Numbered from the stretch's first letter, positions 7,646 to 18,829 are shown. The stretch: DNA of 55,816 nt from an uncultured Alphaproteobacteria bacterium (GCA_902607475.1 CACLKH010000005.1:1-55816), one strand, 5' to 3'. Numbers and translations: made by a program. The notes: generated from the sequence alone by a model not told the origin.

Positions 7646-9067
7646 TTAATAACGATCTACAGATGCAATTCTTAGAACATTTGTTGCACCACTTTGACCA
7701 AATGGTACACCTGCAGTAATAACGACACGATCACCTTTTTTTGCAAATTTCTCTTTTTTTGCTAATTTACCCGCCTTTAAAACCATATCTTTGAAATTTC
7801 TAGCATCCGTTGTGTGAACACAATGAACACCCCATACCAAAGCTAATCTTCGAGCAGTATCTAGATTCGGAGATATACTTAAAATTGGTACATCAGGTCT
7901 TTCTCTTGCAGCTCTTAAAGCTGTTGATCCAGAAGTTGTATAAGTAACGACAGCTTTTGCAGACATAATTCTAGCTACGTATTTTGCAGATTCTGTTATT
8001 GCATCTTCAGCTGTTGATTCTGCTTTTACATGTCTAACTTCATTTATATTAAAATATAAAGGGTCATTTTCAACTTTCTCAATTATTTTATTCATCATTT
8101 GAACGGATTCATTAGGGTATGAGCCAATAGCAGTTTCTGCTGATAACATAACTGCATCTGTTCCATCATAAATTGCTGTTGCAACATCAGATGCCTCAGC
8201 TCTTGTTGGAGTTGGATAAGTTACCATTGAGTCAAGCATTTGAGTTGCAACTACAACAGGCTTACCAGCTTGTCTACAAGCATTGATAATTCTTTTTTGT
8301 TGGCTTGGTAATGACTCTAAAGGTGCTTCAATTCCTAGATCTCCTCTTGCAATCATAATTGCATCAGAAACTTTTATTATTTTATCTAAATTTTTTAAAG
8401 CGCTTGGTTTTTCGAGCTTTGTTAAGACAGATGCCTTGCCTTTAATTATTTTTTTGAACTTTAAAACATCCTTTTCTGTTTGAATAAACGATAAAGCTAT
8501 CCAATCAACTCCTAATTTTAAAGCTAATTTTAAATCTTCCTTATCTTTTTTTGTCAAAGAACCAGAAACTGATTTTAAATTAGGTATATTAAAACCTTTA
8601 TTACTAGATATAAAACCACTGAATTTTACTTTTGTTTCAATATAATGACTATTTTTCTTTGTAACTACTAAAGTTAGTTTTCCATCATCAACTAAGATTT
8701 TATTTCCTTTTTTAATTTTTTTAAAAATTTCTTTATGGGGCAAGCAACCTCTATATTTATTTCCTGGTGTAGGATCTAGATCAAAAATAAATTTTTTGCC
8801 ATTTTTGAGGAAAATTGGTCCATTCTCAAATTTTCCTACTCTTAATTTAGGTCCTTGAAGATCCATTAAAATTCCAATTGGTCTTTTTACTTTTTTTTCT
8901 AATAATCTTATTTCTTTAAATCTTTTTATATGTGTTGATACAACATCATGACTAAAATTTAATCTGAAAATATCAGCACCAGATAAAAAAAGTTTTTTGA
9001 TTGTTTTTAGATCTGAAGTGGACGGTCCTAGAGTTGCAATTATTTTAGCTTTTCTTATTCTTCTCAT
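7646..9067 (-). CDS. pyk: Pyruvate kinase
   Basis: KIIATLGP, RLNFSH, DLQGPKLR, MIARGDLG, ATQMLDSM, PTRAEASDVA. Confidence 0.97.
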   Translation of the reverse strand: MRRIRKAKIIATLGPSTSDLKTIKKLFLSGADIFRLNFSHDVVSTHIKRFKEIRLLEKKVKRPIGILMDLQGPKLRVGKFENGPIFLKNGKKFIFDLDPTPGNKYRGCLPHKEIFKKIKKGNKILVDDGKLTLVVTKKNSHYIETKVKFSGFISSNKGFNIPNLKSVSGSLTKKDKEDLKLALKLGVDWIALSFIQTEKDVLKFKKIIKGKASVLTKLEKPSALKNLDKIIKVSDAIMIARGDLGIEAPLESLPSQQKRIINACRQAGKPVVVATQMLDSMVTYPTPTRAEASDVATAIYDGTDAVMLSAETAIGSYPNESVQMMNKIIEKVENDPLYFNINEVRHVKAESTAEDAITESAKYVARIMSAKAVVTYTTSGSTALRAARERPDVPILSISPNLDTARRLALVWGVHCVHTTDARNFKDMVLKAGKLAKKEKFAKKGDRVVITAGVPFGQSGATNVLRIASVDRY

Positions 9068-9180
9068 ATATAAAATTTTGAATTACTAATTTATAAATAG
9101 TAATTTTTTTGTTTCTTTACATGTTTTTTTGTAAATATTACTTATATATTAATGAATTTTAAAAAGAGATAATAATAGAT

Positions 9181-10308
9181 ATGAAAAACAATTTTTTTTC
9201 AGTTGGTCTCGAAGAGGAATATTTAGTTGTAAATAAATATAACGGTGAACTAATAGTAGATCCCCCGAAAGGTTTAATGAGAGATTGTAAAAAAAAACTC
9301 AAAGATCAAGTTAAACCAGAATTTTTAAGATCTCAAATTGAAGTAGGAACAAAAGTTTGTAATTCTATCAAAGATTTGAAAGATAATTTAATTTTTCTAA
9401 GAAAGAATATTGCAGAAATACTTAATAAGTACGACCTTGCATTTGTAGCTGTTTCAACCCATCCTTTTTCTGACTGGGAAACTCAAAAACATACACAAAA
9501 AAGAAGATATTTTAATTTAGCCGATAAATTTCAAATTGTAGGGAGAAGACTAGTTATTTCTGGCATGCATATTCATGTTGGCATACCCGATAATGAGTTA
9601 AAAATTGATCTAATGAATCAAATTTCCTACTTTTTACCTCATTTACTAGCTTTAAGCACATCATCACCTTTTTGGAGAGGTGAATTAACTGGTTTAAAAT
9701 CTTATAGAGTAAGTATTTTTGATGAATTACCAAGAACAGGACTTCCAGAAGAATTTGATAGTTATGATGAATACAAAAGACACATAAAAATTTTACTAAA
9801 ATCAGGTGTACTTGAAGATCCAAGTACTATTTGGTGGGATTTAAGACCTAATGTAAAATTTCCAACACTTGAAATGAGGATTTGCGATACATGCACATCA
9901 TTGAATGATGCAATTTCTATTGCTGCATTATATTTATGTATTATTCATATGGCATGCAGATTAAGAAGAGAAAATAAGAGATGGAGAATATATTCAAAAA
10001 TGTTGATTAATGAAAACAGATGGAGGGCTCAAAGATATGGTATAGAAAAAAGTTTAGTTGATTTTGGAAAAAGTAAGCTCGTATCATATAATAAATTAGC
10101 TGATGAATTAATTGTTCTGGTAAGAAAAGATGCAAAGATATTAAACTGTGAATCAGAAGTAAAAAAAATTAAAAATATATGTAAAGTAGGAACAAGTGCC
10201 GATAAGCAAATTAAAATTTTTAAAGAAGAAATGAAAAAAACAAATAATAAAAAATTAGCATTAGACCAAGTTCTAAAATTTCTTGTTAAAGAAACAATTA
10301 ATTTCTAA
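9181..10308 (+). CDS. ybdK: Carboxylate-amine ligase (YbdK/GCS2 family)
   Basis: GLEEEY, QIEVGT, GMHIHVG, ALSTSSPFWRG, WWDLRP, LEMRICD. Confidence 0.92.
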   Translation: MKNNFFSVGLEEEYLVVNKYNGELIVDPPKGLMRDCKKKLKDQVKPEFLRSQIEVGTKVCNSIKDLKDNLIFLRKNIAEILNKYDLAFVAVSTHPFSDWETQKHTQKRRYFNLADKFQIVGRRLVISGMHIHVGIPDNELKIDLMNQISYFLPHLLALSTSSPFWRGELTGLKSYRVSIFDELPRTGLPEEFDSYDEYKRHIKILLKSGVLEDPSTIWWDLRPNVKFPTLEMRICDTCTSLNDAISIAALYLCIIHMACRLRRENKRWRIYSKMLINENRWRAQRYGIEKSLVDFGKSKLVSYNKLADELIVLVRKDAKILNCESEVKKIKNICKVGTSADKQIKIFKEEMKKTNNKKLALDQVLKFLVKETINF

Positions 10309-10311
10309 ATT

Positions 10312-10572
10312 ATGGATGGAAAAAAGAAGATTGAAATAGAAGCAGAAGTTTTTCAAAAATTAGTAAAACATTTTAGAAAGAGAACAGATGTTCAAAATAT
10401 TGATTTGATGAACACAGCTGATTTTTGTAGAAACTGCTTATCCAAATGGTATATGGCATCTGCGAAAAAAAAAGGAATAAAATTAAATTACGAAGAAGCT
10501 AAAGAAATAATTTATGGGATGTCGTATGATAAATGGAAAAAAAAATATCAAAAATCTTTACCAAATAAATAA
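10312..10572 (+). CDS. DUF1244 family protein
   Basis: RTDVQNIDLMN..FCRNCLSKWY...IYGMSY..WK signature. Confidence 0.88.
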   Translation: MDGKKKIEIEAEVFQKLVKHFRKRTDVQNIDLMNTADFCRNCLSKWYMASAKKKGIKLNYEEAKEIIYGMSYDKWKKKYQKSLPNK

Positions 10573-10587
10573 AGAAGAATTTATAGT

Positions 10588-11562
10588 ATGAAAATTTTAG
10601 TAACAGGGGCGGCAGGTTTTATAGGATTTCATTTATGTAAAAAATTATTAGAAGATAAGCATACAGTCTTAGGAATTGACAATATTAATAATTACTATGA
10701 TGTAAAATTAAAAAAAAACAGATTAAAAATTTTATTAGGAAAAAAAAATTTTAAATTTAAAAAAGTAGATATTTCTGATACCAATTTCGTAAAAAAAATA
10801 TATCCAATAGCAAAGAATTTTAGAATAATAATACATCTTGCAGCGCAAGCTGGGGTAAGATATTCCATTACTCACCCATATAAATATATTGAGAGTAATG
10901 TTAAGGCTCAAATATCAATATTAGAACTAGCAAAAAAAATAAAAAGCTTTCAACATTTAATTTACGCAAGTTCTTCTTCTGTTTATGGTGCTAATAAAAA
11001 AACTCCTTTTTCAATAAATGACAGAGTTGATAACCCAGTATCTTTATACGGGGCTTCAAAAAGGGCAGGAGAATTAATTGCGCAATCATATTCAAGAATG
11101 TTTAATATTAATTGCACTGGTTTAAGATTTTTTTCTGTTTATGGTCCATGGGGTCGTCCCGATATGGCAGCATATATTTTTACAAGAGATATTTTTCAAA
11201 ATAAATCTTTGGATTTATTTAATTTTGGCAGAATGGAAAGGGATTTTACTTTTATTGATGACATAATTAGTGGCATTACTCCATTAATAAAGACTAAGAA
11301 AAGAAAAAGTAATTTACATAAAATCTATAATTTAGGAAATAATAAACCGCAACAACTTTTAAAAATGATTTCTTTATTAGAAATGCTATGTGAAAGAAAA
11401 GCAAAAATAAATAAAAAAAGAATGCAGTTAGGTGATGTTCGTCATACATATGCAAACATTAAAGAAAGTAAAAAGGATTTAAAATTTAAACCGAAAACTA
11501 ATTTAAAAGAAGGATTAGAACAGTTTGTTAATTGGTATAAAGAATATCACAAGATTAATTAG
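10588..11562 (+). CDS. NAD-dependent epimerase (UDP-glucuronate 4-epimerase type)
   Basis: GAAGFIG, HLAAQAGVRYS, YASSSSVYG, YGASK, VYGPWGRPDMA. Confidence 0.93.
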   Translation: MKILVTGAAGFIGFHLCKKLLEDKHTVLGIDNINNYYDVKLKKNRLKILLGKKNFKFKKVDISDTNFVKKIYPIAKNFRIIIHLAAQAGVRYSITHPYKYIESNVKAQISILELAKKIKSFQHLIYASSSSVYGANKKTPFSINDRVDNPVSLYGASKRAGELIAQSYSRMFNINCTGLRFFSVYGPWGRPDMAAYIFTRDIFQNKSLDLFNFGRMERDFTFIDDIISGITPLIKTKKRKSNLHKIYNLGNNKPQQLLKMISLLEMLCERKAKINKKRMQLGDVRHTYANIKESKKDLKFKPKTNLKEGLEQFVNWYKEYHKIN

Positions 11563-13283
11563 TTATAAAAGCCTTCAATATCTTTTTTATATTTTTCATA
11601 AACTTTTTTTCTTTTAATTTTCATTGTAGGGGTTAGAAAACCACTTTTTTGATCTAATTGTTCATTTATTAACATATATTTTCTTATTTTTTCAGTAGAG
11701 GATAGTTTTTCATTTATTTTTTTTAAATACTTATCAATTTCATTATTTATTCCATTTTTTTTTGAATAATCATTATTAATAAATATCAAAGCAATTAAAA
11801 ATGGTTTGTTATCTCCAAATACGATTACTTGAGATATTAAATCACTAGATGTAAACATATTTTCAATTTTTTGGGGCGCAATATTATCACCACCAGTTGT
11901 AACAATAATATCTTTTTTTCTATCAGTTATTATTAAGTGATTGTCTTTATCTATTTCACCTATGTCTCCTGTATATAACCAATTATTTTTTATTTTTTCT
12001 TTTGTTTCTTTTTCTTTTCCTAAATAACCTTTCATTAAATTATCACCTTTTATTAATATTTCACCATCAGTAGCTATTTTTACTTCAACACCTTTTATAG
12101 GTGGGCCAACAGTTCCTATTTTATTTAATTCTGGACGATTACAACTAACAGTAGGGGAGGTTTCTGTTAAACCATATCCTTGTAAAATTTTTATTCCAAT
12201 TGCTTCAAAAAAAATATTAATTTCGTAGCTTAATGCACCACCTCCAGAAATGAAAAATTTTAAATTTTTTCCAAAAATTTTTTTTATTTTATTATCAATC
12301 ATAATTTTAAAAAAGAATTTAAAAAAACGTGTTATGAGTAAAAATTTTTTTTGATTTAAATAAATTTTTTTTCCTAAATTTAAATTTATATTAAAAATTT
12401 TTTCTAATATTTTATTTTTAGAAAAGTTATTTAATATTTTCTTATAAATAGCCTCATAAAATCTTGGAACGGCAGCAATATAAGTTGGGTTAACTTCTTT
12501 AAAATTAGTAAATAGTTTATCCATATTCTCTGCATAGAAAATTTCACTTGATGTAAGTAATGGCATAAATTGTCCAGCAGTATGTTCATAGGAATGAGAT
12601 AAAGGTAAAAAAGAAATGTATCTTTCATTATTAAAATTTATATTTTTAAAAATATCCAAAGATCCAATTAAATTAGAACATATTGATTTATGGGTTAAAA
12701 TTACTCCTTTTGGGGTCCCGCTGGTTCCAGAAGTATAAATAATGCACGCAGGGTCATCTTGCGTTATTTTTATTTTTACATCTTTATTCTTTATTTTTTC
12801 TTTCCAGAGATCTTCTATATAAATTATGTTTTTATTTAGACTATGATTTATTTTTTCATAAGAAAAAATATTTTTAATTTCCTTATTATTTTTTATTGCA
12901 GGTACAAAGTTTAAAAATAATTTTTTATTTGAAATAAATACCATTTTTGCTTGGCTGTCTTTTATTAAGTATTCATAATCTTTTTTCGTATAAGTAGTAT
13001 AAGCGGGAACGGTTATACCTCCTGCAAGCATTATGGCAAAATCAGTAATAAACCAATTCGGATTGTTTTCTGAAATAATTATAACCTTGTCTCCTTTTTT
13101 AATTCCTAACTGAATAAGTTTTGATGAAAGTAATAAAATTCTTTTTCTTACAATTTTCCAAGAATATGATTTGTATTGATTATTTACTTTGTGCCAAAGA
13201 AGAGGTTTATCTAATTGCTTTTTTGCTTCTTCGAAAAATAATTCTGTTAATGTTTTCCAATTAAATTCTTTATCATTTATCAT
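11559..13283 (-). CDS. Long-chain fatty acid-CoA ligase
   Basis: IYTSGTSGTPKGV, QGYGLTETSP, TGDIG, ITDRKKD. Confidence 0.92.
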   Translation of the reverse strand: MINDKEFNWKTLTELFFEEAKKQLDKPLLWHKVNNQYKSYSWKIVRKRILLLSSKLIQLGIKKGDKVIIISENNPNWFITDFAIMLAGGITVPAYTTYTKKDYEYLIKDSQAKMVFISNKKLFLNFVPAIKNNKEIKNIFSYEKINHSLNKNIIYIEDLWKEKIKNKDVKIKITQDDPACIIYTSGTSGTPKGVILTHKSICSNLIGSLDIFKNINFNNERYISFLPLSHSYEHTAGQFMPLLTSSEIFYAENMDKLFTNFKEVNPTYIAAVPRFYEAIYKKILNNFSKNKILEKIFNINLNLGKKIYLNQKKFLLITRFFKFFFKIMIDNKIKKIFGKNLKFFISGGGALSYEINIFFEAIGIKILQGYGLTETSPTVSCNRPELNKIGTVGPPIKGVEVKIATDGEILIKGDNLMKGYLGKEKETKEKIKNNWLYTGDIGEIDKDNHLIITDRKKDIIVTTGGDNIAPQKIENMFTSSDLISQVIVFGDNKPFLIALIFINNDYSKKNGINNEIDKYLKKINEKLSSTEKIRKYMLINEQLDQKSGFLTPTMKIKRKKVYEKYKKDIEGFYN

Positions 13284-13353
13284 ATCAGCAATTGATATTT
13301 AAATTGTTCTATATATTTTATTATCAATCGTATATTTTAGAATTATAAATAAA

Positions 13354-14688
13354 TTGAACAATATTTTAGATAAAGATAAATTCTCAAAAAGAGCAAGTAG
13401 ATATATCCAATTAACGGGGCAAGTTGGAGGTTTGTTAGCTAAATTAGGTGCTAATAGATACTTAGGTTTAGATATTAATAAGGATAAACATGCTTTAAAT
13501 TTAAAAAAAAATTTAGGAGAAGTAAAAGGACCCTTCATGAAAATAGCACAACTTATTTCTATGATCCCAGATGCTTTACCAATAGAGTATTCAAATCAAT
13601 TAATGCAATTGCAATCACACGCACCTTCAATGGGAGAATCTTTTGTTAGAAGAAGAATGGCAAATGAATTAGGAGAGAATTGGAAAAAATTTTTTTTAAA
13701 TTTTAACACTACTGCATCTTACGCCGCATCGCTTGGACAAGTTCATAAAGCAGAATTAAAAAATGGAGATATCGTTGCATGTAAGCTCCAATATCCAGAT
13801 ATGGAATCCGCAGTTACTGCAGACTTAAATCAATTTAAAATAATTTTAAATTTATTTGAAAAATATAATAAAGTTATTAAAACAAAAAAAATTTTTTCAG
13901 AAATAAAAGATCGTTTAGTTGAAGAAATTGATTATGAAAACGAAATAAGAAATATGAATATTTTTGAAAAAATATTTAAATTTAATAAATCTGTAAATAT
14001 TCCAAAAATTTATAGAAGTTCTTCAACAAGAAGATTAATCACAATGAGCTGGCTTGAAGGGCAATCGTTAGACAATATACTTCTGAATTCAAAAAATAAA
14101 AAGGAATTATCTGAAAGAATAGCTATTAATATTTTTAATGCATGGTATATGCCATTTTACAAATTTTGCGTTATTCATGGAGATCCACATTTTGGAAACT
14201 ATTCTTTTAAAAAGAATGGAGATATTAATCTATTTGATTTTGGTTGTGTAAGACTTTTCCCTATCAGTTTTGTTAAAGCAGTTTTAAATTTATATTATGC
14301 CCTTGAAAAAAAAGATGAAGATTTAACTGTCGAAGCTTATAAAACTTGGGGATTTAAAAAAATTAATAAAAAATTAATTAAAATTTTAAATTTATGGGCT
14401 TCATATATATATGGACCGTTATTAGAAGACAAAAAAAGATTAATTCAGGGAGAAAAAAATAGAGGTTACGGATTGGATGTAGCAAATAATGTTTATAAAG
14501 AATTAAAAAAAATTGGAGGAGTAGAACCTCCAAAAGAATTTGTTTTTATGGATAGGGCTGCTATAGGAATGGGATCATTGTTTATGAAATTAGATGTCAA
14601 ACTAAACTGGCATAAATTATTTAAAGACTTGATTAATGATTTTGACGAAAAAAGAATATTAAAGGAAAGAAATAGAGTAATAAATTAA
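13354..14688 (+). CDS. ABC1/UbiB (COQ8-like) atypical kinase
   Basis: [37 protein letters not shown]. Confidence 0.92.
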   Translation: MNNILDKDKFSKRASRYIQLTGQVGGLLAKLGANRYLGLDINKDKHALNLKKNLGEVKGPFMKIAQLISMIPDALPIEYSNQLMQLQSHAPSMGESFVRRRMANELGENWKKFFLNFNTTASYAASLGQVHKAELKNGDIVACKLQYPDMESAVTADLNQFKIILNLFEKYNKVIKTKKIFSEIKDRLVEEIDYENEIRNMNIFEKIFKFNKSVNIPKIYRSSSTRRLITMSWLEGQSLDNILLNSKNKKELSERIAINIFNAWYMPFYKFCVIHGDPHFGNYSFKKNGDINLFDFGCVRLFPISFVKAVLNLYYALEKKDEDLTVEAYKTWGFKKINKKLIKILNLWASYIYGPLLEDKKRLIQGEKNRGYGLDVANNVYKELKKIGGVEPPKEFVFMDRAAIGMGSLFMKLDVKLNWHKLFKDLINDFDEKRILKERNRVIN

Positions 14689-14873
14689 TATCGCCTTTGG
14701 AATTTTCTTTTTCTTCTCAGAACTTCTGATGCCACCCTCTTTCTTTTGACTGAAGGTTTCTCATAGTGTCTTCTTAACTTCATTTCTTTAAAAAGACCTT
14801 CTTGTTGCATTTTTTTTTTTAAAATTTTTAATGCAATCTCTAAATTGTTATCTCTAATAAATATCTGTACTAT
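14685..14873 (-). CDS. rpsU: 30S ribosomal protein S21, apparent ATA start
   Basis: Not in ORF track. Translation (I/M)[45 protein letters not shown]...; SD-like AAAGGT 7 nt before ATA. Confidence 0.93.
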   Translation of the reverse strand: MVQIFIRDNNLEIALKILKKKMQQEGLFKEMKLRRHYEKPSVKRKRVASEVLRRKRKFQRRY

Positions 14874-14983
14874 TTTACTTACCTTTATTTTTACTTTTTA
14901 AGTTAATAATTTATTTGATAAGAGAATATGAATAAATGAATAAAATTCAATTATTTTTTATAAAAAATATTAATAATGAATTT

Positions 14984-15466
14984 TTATAATGGGTCTTTTC
15001 TTACTTTATCGCTTTGTTTTTTTCTGTAATTTTTTAACTTACTTTCTATTTCTTGGTCACTTAGAGACAAAATTGCCGCAGCAAGCAGACCAGCATTTTT
15101 TGAGCCTGCAGAACCAATCGCTAAAGTCCCTACTGGTATACCGGGTGGCATTTGGGCAATTGATAATAAACTATCCAGTCCTTTTAAGCTTTTACTTTCA
15201 ATAGGCACCCCTAAAACTGGTAGATGAGTATGTGCTGCTATAACACCAGGTAATGCAGCTGCCATACCAGCACCTCCAATAAATACTTTAACCCCATTTT
15301 TTTCTGCATCTAAAATATATTCTCTAAGCCTATCAGGGGTTCTATGTGCTGAAATAACTCGAGATTCGTTTTTTATTCCTAATTCATTAAGAACTTCTGA
15401 GGCTGGTTTCATTTCTTCAGCATCAGATTCACTACCCATTATAATTGCTACTTTTATATTGCTCAT
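14984..15466 (-). CDS. purE: N5-CAIR mutase / AIR carboxylase PurE
   Basis: IIMGSESD, SAHRTP, LPVLGVP, DSLLSIAQMPPGIPVGT, NAGLLA. Confidence 0.96.
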   Translation of the reverse strand: MSNIKVAIIMGSESDAEEMKPASEVLNELGIKNESRVISAHRTPDRLREYILDAEKNGVKVFIGGAGMAAALPGVIAAHTHLPVLGVPIESKSLKGLDSLLSIAQMPPGIPVGTLAIGSAGSKNAGLLAAAILSLSDQEIESKLKNYRKKQSDKVRKDPL

Positions 15467-15471
15467 ATCAT

Positions 15472-16059
15472 TTATATTTTCTTTAATTCACTATTTTCAT
15501 CATTTTTTTTTTCATCTAGTTCATTTGGAATAGGACCATTTTCTTTTTTTTGTATTTCTGATATTTTATTTAAGTCTTTTTCACTGCAAAATCCTAATTT
15601 TACAGGATCTTTTGTAATAATATTTTCATAATTCCAATGACTTTTATTTCTTATTGAATCAACAGTATTTTTCGTTGTTCGTATAAGCCTACAAATTTCA
15701 TTATCAGTTATAGTTGGAAATTCTTTTAATAACCATTTAATTGCGCCAGGTCTCTCTTGCCTTTTAGCTATTGGAGTATATTTTGCGCCTTTAGCTATTT
15801 TTTTTGGTTTTGGTAATTCGCTTTTTTTTATTTTTAATTTTAGTTTAGAGTTTTTTTCACATTTTTTTATTTCATCAGTAGTTAAAATTTTATTATTAAT
15901 TGGATTTATTCCAGGCATTTTGTCCACAACATCTCCATTTGCTATTGACTCAATTTCTAAAATGTGTAATTCACAAAAGTCAGATATTTGGCCAAAAGTA
16001 AGAGAAGTATTTTCTAATAACCAAACTGCTGTAGCTTTCGGCATTAAAATTTTTGCCAT
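15472..16059 (-). CDS. DUF1013 family protein (alphaproteobacterial)
   Basis: LMPKATAVWLLENTSLTFGQI..FCELH.LE, KYTPIAKRQERP.AI.WL, SHWN. Confidence 0.88.
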   Translation of the reverse strand: MAKILMPKATAVWLLENTSLTFGQISDFCELHILEIESIANGDVVDKMPGINPINNKILTTDEIKKCEKNSKLKLKIKKSELPKPKKIAKGAKYTPIAKRQERPGAIKWLLKEFPTITDNEICRLIRTTKNTVDSIRNKSHWNYENIITKDPVKLGFCSEKDLNKISEIQKKENGPIPNELDEKKNDENSELKKI

Positions 16060-16103
16060 GTTTTATTAATTAAAATTTAAATGATTATTTATTTCAAAAT
16101 ATA

Positions 16104-17081
16104 TTAAATAGTTAATGCTATTTTACCAAAATGTAACCCTTTATCCATATAAATATGAGCATCTTGCACTTTATTAAAAGGAAAAGTTTTACACAAAACT
16201 GGCTTAATTTTTTTTTTTTCTATTAATGGCCAAATATTTTTTTTTAAATCTTTTGCTATTTTTTCTTTTTCTTCTAAAGATCCAATTCTAAGAGTAGACC
16301 CTGTAATAACTAATCTTTTAAGCATTATCATCATCAAATTTACACGTACAACAGATCCTGTTAACCAACCAATATTTATCAACGTTCCATTTCTTTTTAA
16401 AACATTAATATTCTTTTGGACATAATTTCCTCCGACAATATCTAAAATATAATCAACTCCCTGATTATTTGTTTTTTTTTTAATAAATTCTTCAAAATTT
16501 ATTTTTTTTGAATTAATCCCATGATCAGCACCAATTTTTTTACAATCTTGTATTTTTGTATCTGAACGCGCTGTTATAAAAACTTCTAAGCCAAAATTTT
16601 TAGCAAATTGTATGGCTGTCGTTCCAATGCCACTCGAACCACCATGAATTAAAATTTTTTCATTTTTCTTTATTCTATTTCTTATAAATAAGTTAAACCA
16701 AACTGTAAAGAAAGTTTCAGGTATTGTAGAAGCTTCTTCAAAATTTATATTTTTTGGTATTGGAAGACATTGAGAATAGGGAGCCAAACAATATTCTGAG
16801 TAACCCCCTCCAGATACTAAAGCACATACTTTATCACCTATTTTTATATTTTTTGTTTTTTCTCCAAGTTCAACCACTTCCCCAGATACTTCAAGGCCTA
16901 AAATATCACTCGCATCTTTTGGAGGAGGATAACCACCCTCCCTTTGTAGAATATCAGGTCTATTTACGCCAGCAGCTTTTACTTTTACTAAAACTTCATT
17001 TTTTTTTGGCTTTGGTACTGGTCTAGATCCTATATATAATACCTCAGGGCCCCCGTGCTTCTTAATTTCAACTACTTTCAC
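16104..17081 (-). CDS. NAD(P)H-quinone oxidoreductase (PIG3 family)
   Basis: AAGVNRPD.LQR.G.YPPP, PETFFTVW, LIHGGSSGIGTTAIQ. Confidence 0.93.
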   Translation of the reverse strand: MKVVEIKKHGGPEVLYIGSRPVPKPKKNEVLVKVKAAGVNRPDILQREGGYPPPKDASDILGLEVSGEVVELGEKTKNIKIGDKVCALVSGGGYSEYCLAPYSQCLPIPKNINFEEASTIPETFFTVWFNLFIRNRIKKNEKILIHGGSSGIGTTAIQFAKNFGLEVFITARSDTKIQDCKKIGADHGINSKKINFEEFIKKKTNNQGVDYILDIVGGNYVQKNINVLKRNGTLINIGWLTGSVVRVNLMMIMLKRLVITGSTLRIGSLEEKEKIAKDLKKNIWPLIEKKKIKPVLCKTFPFNKVQDAHIYMDKGLHFGKIALTI

Positions 17082-17089
17082 TTAACTAT

Positions 17090-17377
17090 CTATTTTTTTT
17101 CTTTGTTAATTTGAGGTTTAGCTTGAACTTTATTTTTATCTACTTTCTCTTCTTTATTTTTTTTATAATTTTTAAATCTTTTTGCAAATTTTGATATTTG
17201 TCCTTGAGTATCAACCAATTTTTTTTCACCACCACTCCATGCAGGGTGTGATTTTGGATCAATATCTAGATTAAGAATATCACCTTTCTTTCCCCAAGTT
17301 GATTTTGTTTTAAATTTAGTACCATCAGTCATAACAACTTCAATTTCATGGTAATCAGGATGAATGTTTTTTTTCAT
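17090..17377 (-). CDS. rpmE: 50S ribosomal protein L31 (zinc-free type, Lys-rich tail)
   Basis: [22 protein letters not shown]...[13 protein letters not shown]. Confidence 0.96.
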   Translation of the reverse strand: MKKNIHPDYHEIEVVMTDGTKFKTKSTWGKKGDILNLDIDPKSHPAWSGGEKKLVDTQGQISKFAKRFKNYKKNKEEKVDKNKVQAKPQINKEKK

Positions 17378-17399
17378 AAATATAAACTATATTTTTTTT

Positions 17400-18032
17400 T
17401 TATTTTTTTTCAAATTCAATTATTACTTTATTTTCTTTATTTTTAGAATCTCCAAATGATTTAACTATTAAATTTTTAGCTGGCACTCCTTCTTTCATAA
17501 TAATAGATCTTATATTAATAGCCCTATCAAGTGATAATCTTCTGGAAACATCATCAGTTTTATTAGTTTGTGCATATGAAGTAATTTTAAAAGTTAAGTT
17601 TTTTTTATTAGTTTGATTATTAATAAAATTTCTTATTTTATCTATGTCTTCATTTTTAAGATTTGCAGTTTCTGAGTTAAAAAGAATATGCGTTTGATTA
17701 ATGAATCCATTTATTGGTTTATTAATTCTAGCAAGCTTTTTATCTATATTATCTATAAGATTTTCTGTTTTACTTTTTTCTTTAACTGTATTTTTGGTTT
17801 TAATTTCGACATTTTTTCTTTTTTTTATTTTGGTTCTTATATCTTTTTTTATTATAATTTCTGCTTGATTTCTATTTTTATTTAAGTTTTCAATAATTGA
17901 TAAATTTACGTCAATATCATTTTGATATTTTGTTCCAATTTCAACAGGATCAATAGCTGGTAAAGAATTTGAAAAAAAAATATATATTAATATAAAAAAA
18001 ATTAATTTAAATTTTCTTATTATTGATTTCAT
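17400..18032 (-). CDS. OmpA-like C-terminal domain protein
   Basis: Signal peptide; RRLSLDRAINIRSII..GV motif of the OmpA peptidoglycan-binding domain. Confidence 0.75.
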   Translation of the reverse strand: MKSIIRKFKLIFFILIYIFFSNSLPAIDPVEIGTKYQNDIDVNLSIIENLNKNRNQAEIIIKKDIRTKIKKRKNVEIKTKNTVKEKSKTENLIDNIDKKLARINKPINGFINQTHILFNSETANLKNEDIDKIRNFINNQTNKKNLTFKITSYAQTNKTDDVSRRLSLDRAINIRSIIMKEGVPAKNLIVKSFGDSKNKENKVIIEFEKK

Positions 18033-18034
18033 AT

Positions 18035-18829
18035 TTATGTTATAAACCCACTTTCTAATTCATCTATTAAATTATTATTACACGCATATATATTTCCTGT
18101 ATATAAATAATTTTCATTTTTATTAATATTTCCTACATATCCACCAGCTTCTTTTACCAAAAGCACTCCAGCTGCTATATCCCATGTTTTTAAATTGAAC
18201 TCCCAAAACGCATCATACCTCCCTGCAGCTACATATGCTAAATCTAATGCAGCAGCCCCATATCTACGAATTCCTGAAGAATTTTTCATAATATTTTCTA
18301 AAATTTTTAAGTAATTTTTGTGTGAACTTTCCATACCTTTCCAAGGTATTCCAGTTGAAACTAAAGCATCTTTTAAATGCCTCCTTCCTGAAACTCTTAT
18401 TCTTGTATCATTAAGAAAAGCACCTACGCCTTTTTCAGCCCAAAATAACTCATCTTTTATGGGATCAAAAATAATTCCTGAAATTATTTCTTCTTTTACC
18501 ATTAATGCTATAGAAATTGCAAAATGAGGTAATCCATGTAAAAAATTTAAAGTTCCATCTAATGGGTCAATAATCCATTTTTTTTCATGGTTATTTAAAT
18601 TAATTTCTGAATTTGTTTCTTCTGATATTATTTTTATTTCAGGATATGCTTTTTCTAATATTTTTATAATTGTTTTTTCTGAATTTAAATCAGCAGATGT
18701 TACAAAATCGCCAATTCCTTTTTTTGAAACTTGTAAGTTTTCAATCTCTCTAAAATCTTTTATTAAAATATTCCCAGCTTTATAAGCTGCTTTAGTCATA
18801 ATATTTATTATTGGAGTTTTTAAAGCCAT
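18035..18829 (-). CDS. suhB: Inositol monophosphatase SuhB
   Basis: DFVTSAD, WIIDPLDGT.NF.HG, RRYGAAALDLAYVAAGR, WDIAAG. Confidence 0.95.
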   Translation of the reverse strand: MALKTPIINIMTKAAYKAGNILIKDFREIENLQVSKKGIGDFVTSADLNSEKTIIKILEKAYPEIKIISEETNSEINLNNHEKKWIIDPLDGTLNFLHGLPHFAISIALMVKEEIISGIIFDPIKDELFWAEKGVGAFLNDTRIRVSGRRHLKDALVSTGIPWKGMESSHKNYLKILENIMKNSSGIRRYGAAALDLAYVAAGRYDAFWEFNLKTWDIAAGVLLVKEAGGYVGNINKNENYLYTGNIYACNNNLIDELESGFIT

